A DNA stretch of 64,000 bases, from assembly GCA_008690995.1 (NCBI GenBank), contig VRMN01000003.1, forward strand, positions 1,550,001 to 1,614,000, given 5' to 3'. Below the pieces are notes generated by a model that was given only the letters and a program-made list of their open reading frames with translations, was not told where the DNA came from and ran no database searches. Shown here in pieces: positions 57,846 through 64,000 of this stretch. Positions within the stretch are counted from its first letter, which is position 1. The number at the start of each line of letters is the position of its first letter. The DNA comes from Porphyridium purpureum (Eukaryota). Made by a program: the position numbers and the translations under genes.

Positions 57846-59144
57846 CTTGAATTCCGCCGTGCGCCAAGTGGCAACGACCAACCATCAGACACGAGTTGGC
57901 GAGTACGCCTACGCGCTTGGCCGAAAGCGCTGCGCGCGAGCACCGCGTGTATCTGACCAAGCACTCGCGCCGACGCGTCGCTCTCTCCTTCTGCTTCGCC
58001 CTACCACACCTCGCGCATAGTTTCGCTCCGCCCGTTTGGCACAAAAAAAGTACAGCTGCACTTTCCAAAAGTACAGTGTACTTGTGACCGACAGTGTCGC
58101 ACCGCACGGATATTCTTCCGGGCGCTAAACCGTTCAAACCGATTGAGCGGCGGAACGCCGGTATCGCATTCGACCAGAAAGGACGTCGAGTTGGCGGAGG
58201 GAGTGAGTGAGGGTTGACGCCATGATCCCCGAGCCTGCTTTGTTTCCACTGAGCGCCCATGAAGACAAGTAACGTGTGAAAACCAGAGGTCAGTGGTCAA
58301 TGCGCCGCAACTTGGTCGATACCAAGCCCCATCACGCACGATCGCTTCCTCCTTTTTCACCCACGAGGAGATTCCCTCCGGAATAGTTTACACGAGCGCA
58401 CACATGCGCAGAGGCTCATGCTCCTCCTGCAATTAAATTGCCAAGCGCGGAGCCAAATGCTTTGTGGCCTCGACGCTCGATGAGGAGAGAGAAAGAGGCG
58501 TTTTGGCTGATGCAGAATTCAATGTGTAACTGGTTCCGGGTGGGCTGTGCTCATTTTTGCATCATTTTCGGGCCCACCTCGACGAGTGTGCACGCACATC
58601 CGTGAGAATGGGTCACAAAGCAAACACTCACCCACGCGTCGGCGCTCGCTTTTTCGACCACTTCGGCTGCGTAGCCGGGTGTCGGTAATGATGCCGTGCA
58701 AGAAACGGCCTACTTCGGTACGAGAAAAGCGGCGGCGTCGTCCGCCTGTTTCGTTGCTCTGGTTTTCGCTCGCGTGAACCTGGGATATTTCTCGTGAAAT
58801 ATTCGTTGCTCGCAATACTTGGAACGAAGGCTGTTTTTGTAGAAGATTCTTCGGCAGCGTTAAAATTCACTCACGGTTTTCCCTATTCATAAGAAGAGCA
58901 GTAGTCACTCTTCTTCATATTGTCGTTTCTGCGTATTCGCCGGAAATGGCGGATTAGACACAGCGAAACTTTGCGCAGTGACTCCGAAAACAAAGAATCC
59001 TGGAGACAGCGCGACAACGCGCAGCGGCAGCGGGGTATAAAATCCCGTGAGCCCCGCGCGTCCGGTCGGGAATTTTTTTGCGGGATGAAGGTCAGACGTA
59101 AAATCCAGCGCCACGGAAGCTGCAACGTGGAAGTACAAGACACG

Positions 59145-59957
59145 ATGGCGAGGCCGGGTTTCACGGATTCCGAAGCTACGGACCTGATCTACCCGTCTCC
59201 TTTGCATCCAAACTTCTCAGAGTTGCCGGTGGCTGGGTGTCGGCCAATGCTGGTCCTTCCCGATGAGAATTTCCTTGCGAGAATGATGGACTTTTGCGAC
59301 AAAATGGACGCGCACATGGACTTGGAGAGCCCTCATGCGCTTTCGAGAGACGAGGAAACGGATTCGTTTTCGTTGCATGACCCTTCTCGCCCGCCGGCCA
59401 GCGTGTCGTTGTGCAGCAGCTTCGACACAGCGTGTGTATCGTGGAGCGTACCTACCCGGGAAAGGGATCTCACAACTTCATGGGCGCACCCGGGACAAGA
59501 CAACGCAGCATCCGGGAATCAGGTGGTCTTGAAGGTGAACAGGGACGGCAAGGCAAGGAAGCGGAAGACTGTGAGGGCAAGCACAGACCGTAAGCCCGCC
59601 CGCTTTTGCCATGGCTGTTGGCGCCCGGCCAGACCGAACAATCGCCTCATTGTCTGCGCCAACTATGGTGGCAGTAGTGCAGCGAGCGAGTGCCGCAAAG
59701 TGGAGTGCGAGCGATGTGTTGAAGATACCGTCGAGAACTGCGTGGGCCGCGAGTGCTCGCACTGCGCGGGCAAGTGCGGTCCCAAGGCGCAGTGCGCCGT
59801 GTATGGCGAAACAAACAAGCGGCGCAGGCTGCTATCGGAGCAGCTGAGAACGATTAAGGCGTCTGCACTGACGCCCCATGGGCAACAAAGCATGTGCAGC
59901 GGGCACTCGATCGATACGGGTGGCGATTTATCCGAAGTGACGACAGCCACCGTCTAA
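59145..59957 (+). CDS. Hypothetical Cys-rich zinc-finger protein
   Basis: RFCHGC...VC.N...CRKVECERC...CSHC...C...AQC..Y..TNKRRR. Start uncertain (59085 or 59145). Confidence 0.7.
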   Translation: MARPGFTDSEATDLIYPSPLHPNFSELPVAGCRPMLVLPDENFLARMMDFCDKMDAHMDLESPHALSRDEETDSFSLHDPSRPPASVSLCSSFDTACVSWSVPTRERDLTTSWAHPGQDNAASGNQVVLKVNRDGKARKRKTVRASTDRKPARFCHGCWRPARPNNRLIVCANYGGSSAASECRKVECERCVEDTVENCVGRECSHCAGKCGPKAQCAVYGETNKRRRLLSEQLRTIKASALTPHGQQSMCSGHSIDTGGDLSEVTTATV

Positions 59958-60128
59958 CAGGCGTTTTGGTCGCACTGTATGGGTACTTTGTCCTTTCCAT
60001 TGCGCGAATAAATCACTTCTTGTTTGTTGTATCGCCTATGATCCCCAGCGTCTTTTCAACGTAACGCAAAGTTTCCGGGCGTACAATTTTCCACTTTCCT
60101 CAGCCCGCGTCGGCACGAAGAGAACATC

Positions 60129-61058
60129 ATGCCGAACGAGGTTGCTGAGGGGAACACAGACATGCGAGAGTCACCACAACCAAAAGCCTATGAGCGCGTG
60201 CGCGCGGCGGTGCGGAAAACGTGTGATTTGGAACGCAGCAAAGTGGCGAGCCGTTTGAAAAAGGCCAAGAGCGATACTGCATCATCATCGGCGGCCGCAG
60301 AAGCTGACAAGTTGGCACACCATCTGGAGCGCCTCAAGCAGTTGGATCGAGATGTGCTGACGCGCGCAGCGTGCCGTCTTCTGGGTGTGCCAGCATCGTC
60401 TCAGGAAGAAGACTGCACCCGGGAATGGAAGGAGTTGTACTCGGACGCAACGGATGACGTCAAGGGGCTGGTTGGTAAGCTCTTGCAGAAGAAGGAAATT
60501 GCGCATGCGCTCGAGCAACCGCCGCAAAAGCAGGGCAAGAAAAGAGGTCACGCAACAAAGACGCTCACGCGCGGGCAAGGTCGTAAGCATGGAGCGGGTG
60601 CGTCGCGACCGAGCATTAAAAATGTGGCTAAACGCTCCTCGGGACGAGACAACGGTCAGAATGACCCACGGCCGGGTGCCGAAAGATTCAGTGAACCGAC
60701 GTCCATGTTCCTGAGCTCGCTTAATCCTGACGACATGCCGTCCGCGCGGTCTATGTTGGGCGTCAGAGATACGGCGATCCGAAAAAATAGAATGGGTCAG
60801 CGAGCTCGCCGCGCACTTCTTGAAAAGATACATGGCAGGAACGCAAATCATTTGAAAAACGGGGGAGCAGGTGACACCGGCGCTTTATCGTCTGATGGGG
60901 CGCGTCAAGTTTCTACGTCAAAGCGCGCCGCGTCTCGAGCCAGCGTTACTCCCGCAGCAGACCCCAGCGTTCATCCATCATGGCAGGCGAGCCGCTCTCA
61001 AAAGGAAAAGGAACGGGCCGCCAGCTTCAAAGGAGTGCGTGTCACGTTCGGCGATTGA
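60129..61058 (+). CDS. BUD22: BUD22/SRFBP1-family ribosome biogenesis protein
   Basis: KNRMGQRARR...EKIHG.NANHL, VHPSWQA, FKGVRVTF.D. Confidence 0.88.
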   Translation: MPNEVAEGNTDMRESPQPKAYERVRAAVRKTCDLERSKVASRLKKAKSDTASSSAAAEADKLAHHLERLKQLDRDVLTRAACRLLGVPASSQEEDCTREWKELYSDATDDVKGLVGKLLQKKEIAHALEQPPQKQGKKRGHATKTLTRGQGRKHGAGASRPSIKNVAKRSSGRDNGQNDPRPGAERFSEPTSMFLSSLNPDDMPSARSMLGVRDTAIRKNRMGQRARRALLEKIHGRNANHLKNGGAGDTGALSSDGARQVSTSKRAASRASVTPAADPSVHPSWQASRSQKEKERAASFKGVRVTFGD

Positions 61059-61382
61059 GCGACAGCAAGCTTGATATTGCATCAAAATGGTTTTGCTGCT
61101 GATGTTTAGCGCCTGCGGATTGAGGTTGCTGCTACTTAACGACAAAGAATTCGAATCCGGTAGATAAGACAGGATGAAAATGAACACACAAGCCGCTTTC
61201 TGATCCCCAAATGGGGAGGCTCTTGCAAAGCCACAGCTTCGCTTCCCGCCACTTGTACTATCTGACACTTGTCTAGGGGGAGAAGCGCAAACTCTGCTTC
61301 ATTGTTGCTTTCGAACTGCTACATTTCCACACGTTGGTTTTGCCCTTGTTCGGGCACGGATTTGACGTGTTCAAAAGTAGCC

Positions 61383-63962
61383 CTACTGCGAGGCTTGCTC
61401 GGAGTTGCTTGCCGTCGCTCTGAATTGGGCCGCGGTATCTGCTTCCGTAGAAGGGATGTAAACCTGCGCGGTGGTCGGAGCAGTCTGTAACGGAGCTCCA
61501 CCTGTCAGTGCATCCCCCACGACTGCCGCGCCTGCGGCGCCTGCGACCGCTGGAGTACCAGAGGCATCCGGGAGGGCTACCGCCGCTCGCACGGGCGTTA
61601 CCGTGACATTGCCCGACTGCACCGCCGCTTCTGCGGTACGATGCGCCAGACTGGGAACACTTCCATGACCTGGCAACTCTCCTCTGGGCACAGCTTGGAG
61701 TGGTCTAAACTCTTTCGGCGAGCTAGCCGCACCAGCATTGAGGGCCACGCTGGCATCTGTCCGACTTTCTCCATCGCGTCGGCCCTGTTGGTCCACCAGC
61801 GCGGACTCTGGTAGACCGGCTATGCGATCTGCAAAAGTGTGTGTGCGTTTCTTCAGCAGCCGGTCCTGCTCCGTGCGCACGTGCCGCTCAAACTTCTCCA
61901 ACTGATTAATCTTCATTTCGATGCTCTTGAGCTTCATTCCAATCACAACACAGAAGAGTCGATCAATCTCACGCTGCTCTGCGGCTGCAAGCTGGCTGGC
62001 CTTTATAGCAGCGGCGGCAAGACCAGCCGCGGTTGCTACCTCCAGGGCATGCCCGTCAAGGGCTGCTGGATTTCTAGATGTTGCTGGCCCGGATGATTGC
62101 GTTGGTGGATGCTGAGTCTGATCATTCGTCGCAGAATTCTCAGTTCCTGCATTCTCGTGAGAATGGCCTGCAGTTTCGGCACCTTTTTCTTCGTTTCGGG
62201 TCGATTGCGACATCCGCGCTTGCTGTCCATCTATAAGGGCTTTCAGCGCCGCTTTGGCAGCTGCAGCAGCGACCTCGGGTGAAATGCTTGACGCCATCAG
62301 TGCAATTTGTGCCATTATCGGATTGCTTGTGTCTCCGAATGGAAGTGGATGCTCCGCAATAATTGAAGACTTAGCTGGAAGTCCGTTTGCTAAAGAAGCG
62401 CCTGGATCAGTGACTGGCGAACCCGAGCGTCCGGGCGCAACATCAGCAAGATACTGGTCTTCAATTGGGAGGCGCAAGAAATGAAGCACGCACGCCTCTT
62501 TCGACTTACTGCCAACGTGCTGCGCCACGCGGTCCCAGTTGTCCTGATACAGCTCGAGCGCCTCCAGCAGCAAGAGAGTCTCGCTTTCGGTCCACAAGGT
62601 CGAATTCGAATCGATGGTTGTCGCTGTCATCTGAATGAAGTCCCTCGACTGCACATTGCTTGGGAAGCGACCTTCGGAGTAGCATTTTGGACACAGGTCC
62701 AGATCTAAATGCGAAGCACAGTGGAAGCGTACACGCGCGCAATCCTCCTTGCAGTAGTCGCAACGGTACTCTATTGCAGACGCAGCCGCAAAAACATCCC
62801 TCCGCGACGCCAACGCATTTGAGGGCAAGCCGCCACTGGTTCCCGCTAACGTGCCAGCAGTTTTGGTGTCTTCAAATACCGACATTGGATCATCGAACAA
62901 CAGCACCCTTGGCACCGCCGTTGTGGAAACATTGCCTGGTGCCAGCGATGAGAGGTGTTGCTCCCCTGAAACTCCAACAGCAAGCGCGGCGCCACTGGCG
63001 AGCACGCTGTGTGGTGCGCCCGTTAAGGAACGATGCTCGGCGTCCACCATGTAGTTGATTAGACCCCAATGCTCAAGAAACGAATGAACACGGATGATCG
63101 AACATACATCCCCAGCGAGGTGCTTGCGTACGGCAGTGGCAGTTAAGTAGCGCTTCGGATCACACAGCCATGCATCAACCATAAAATCGCGATACTCCTT
63201 GTAAACCTTTGGTGTCTTTGAACTGCTCACGGCGGTACCCGAGCCTTCGGATACGAAAAACTCAGGCAAGCTGCGTTTTTCTATTGGATGAATCGAGTCT
63301 GGTGAAAACCACTGGCTATATGACGGAATCAGAACAGGCTCATTAGGAAGAGAGTCTAGAATCTCTGTCACTGTCCTGACACCGGGCACAGGTGCCGCGT
63401 GCGCTGCCTGATTCTGATCTTCTACCGCTTCTGGGGTACTGGCTGTCTCTTCCATGCCTTCCTCCTTAACATCTCCGGTGGGATCGGCGAGAGGCTTCTG
63501 TTGCACCACTCCGTCCGGAGAATCAACGCCGACATCAAGTGACTGAGCGACCACTGCGGCCTTGATCGCGTCCGGCATGTTCTGGGAAATGTTGCGCACA
63601 CGCCGAAAGTCTGACTCGACTGGCGCTTCCGACTGTCCCACCTCGCGGACAGTAACGCCTGCCGCTAGAGCAGACTGTTGGAGCACAAGATCCTCATCAG
63701 GCTGCGGCGCTTGCTGACCTTTCTCCTTACTAATCTCGCGTTTGTCTTCGTTCACATCCTTGTCCTCCGCAGGGCCGGCTCCCGTGAGCGCGGTTTCCCA
63801 CGATGCCTGGTGAGTTTGTTCTTCCTTTCTTGACGTTTTGAAATCCAACGCCCCTGGAAATGGCAAAACATTCTGCTTCGATTCAACATCACCAACCCCT
63901 GCATGACTGCTGCCGACCGTTCTCTTCTTTTCGCTTTCTGCTTCTGGCGCGGATACATCCAT
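61383..63962 (-). CDS. SWI3: SWI/SNF subunit SWI3/SMARCC (SWIRM, ZZ, SANT, coiled coil)
   Basis: IPSYSQWF...FLEHWGLINY; CDYC...LCPKCY.EG; WTESETLLLLEALE..DNW. Confidence 0.96.
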   Translation of the reverse strand: MDVSAPEAESEKKRTVGSSHAGVGDVESKQNVLPFPGALDFKTSRKEEQTHQASWETALTGAGPAEDKDVNEDKREISKEKGQQAPQPDEDLVLQQSALAAGVTVREVGQSEAPVESDFRRVRNISQNMPDAIKAAVVAQSLDVGVDSPDGVVQQKPLADPTGDVKEEGMEETASTPEAVEDQNQAAHAAPVPGVRTVTEILDSLPNEPVLIPSYSQWFSPDSIHPIEKRSLPEFFVSEGSGTAVSSSKTPKVYKEYRDFMVDAWLCDPKRYLTATAVRKHLAGDVCSIIRVHSFLEHWGLINYMVDAEHRSLTGAPHSVLASGAALAVGVSGEQHLSSLAPGNVSTTAVPRVLLFDDPMSVFEDTKTAGTLAGTSGGLPSNALASRRDVFAAASAIEYRCDYCKEDCARVRFHCASHLDLDLCPKCYSEGRFPSNVQSRDFIQMTATTIDSNSTLWTESETLLLLEALELYQDNWDRVAQHVGSKSKEACVLHFLRLPIEDQYLADVAPGRSGSPVTDPGASLANGLPAKSSIIAEHPLPFGDTSNPIMAQIALMASSISPEVAAAAAKAALKALIDGQQARMSQSTRNEEKGAETAGHSHENAGTENSATNDQTQHPPTQSSGPATSRNPAALDGHALEVATAAGLAAAAIKASQLAAAEQREIDRLFCVVIGMKLKSIEMKINQLEKFERHVRTEQDRLLKKRTHTFADRIAGLPESALVDQQGRRDGESRTDASVALNAGAASSPKEFRPLQAVPRGELPGHGSVPSLAHRTAEAAVQSGNVTVTPVRAAVALPDASGTPAVAGAAGAAVVGDALTGGAPLQTAPTTAQVYIPSTEADTAAQFRATASNSEQASQ

Positions 63963-64000
63963 CTTGCCAGCTTGTCGCTCGCCTTCATTCTTCTGATCCA

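Noticed and set aside
7717..57881. GTG/TTG-initiated N-terminal extensions in the ORF track (e.g. 7717, 9885, 11321, 15588, 20478, 57881)
   Set aside because: The sequence is eukaryotic, so starts were moved to the first plausible ATG.
1..64000. CRISPR arrays, rRNA and spliceosomal snRNAs
   Set aside because: No repeat-spacer arrays, and no U1/U2/U5/U6 or rRNA signature strings noticed on manual reading. Divergent copies could have been missed.

Overview
Gene-dense, intron-poor, GC-rich eukaryotic nuclear DNA with about 46 protein genes in 64 kb. The gene content, the Phe-containing transit-peptide-like N-termini and the compact layout suggest a unicellular red alga, possibly Porphyridium-like (inference). 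Most genes are housekeeping: Pol III C34, TFIIIC Tfc4, TFIIE-beta, Med19, SWI3, LUC7, GFAT, CGI121, eIF2B-beta, syntaxin-6, CASP, DGK, two pseudouridine synthases and others. The ORF track misses or mis-delimits an MLO-like gene at the left edge, exon 2 of CIA30 and a 3-exon zf-HIT gene. The most interesting observations are: (1) a divergently oriented pair of ~90-aa orphan paralogs (55% identical, gapless) sharing a spacer rich in ABRE/CE3/GCN4-like motifs; (2) a La-motif + CCCH + ERI1-type exonuclease fusion; (3) a DUF5522-like Cys module fused to a PP-loop (Dph6-like) enzyme; (4) a PCIF1/CAPAM-like cap methyltransferase whose ATG lies 6 nt from a divergent GNAT ATG; (5) a GET2/CAML candidate; (6) a TTAA-flanked MITE candidate and a second segment bounded by inverted repeats; (7) a two-hairpin structured-RNA or intron candidate; and (8) recurrent promoter motif clusters (AACGG, GTACAG, telo-box). 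All calls come from manual motif recognition; no database searches were run. No rRNA, complete tRNA or CRISPR array was found.
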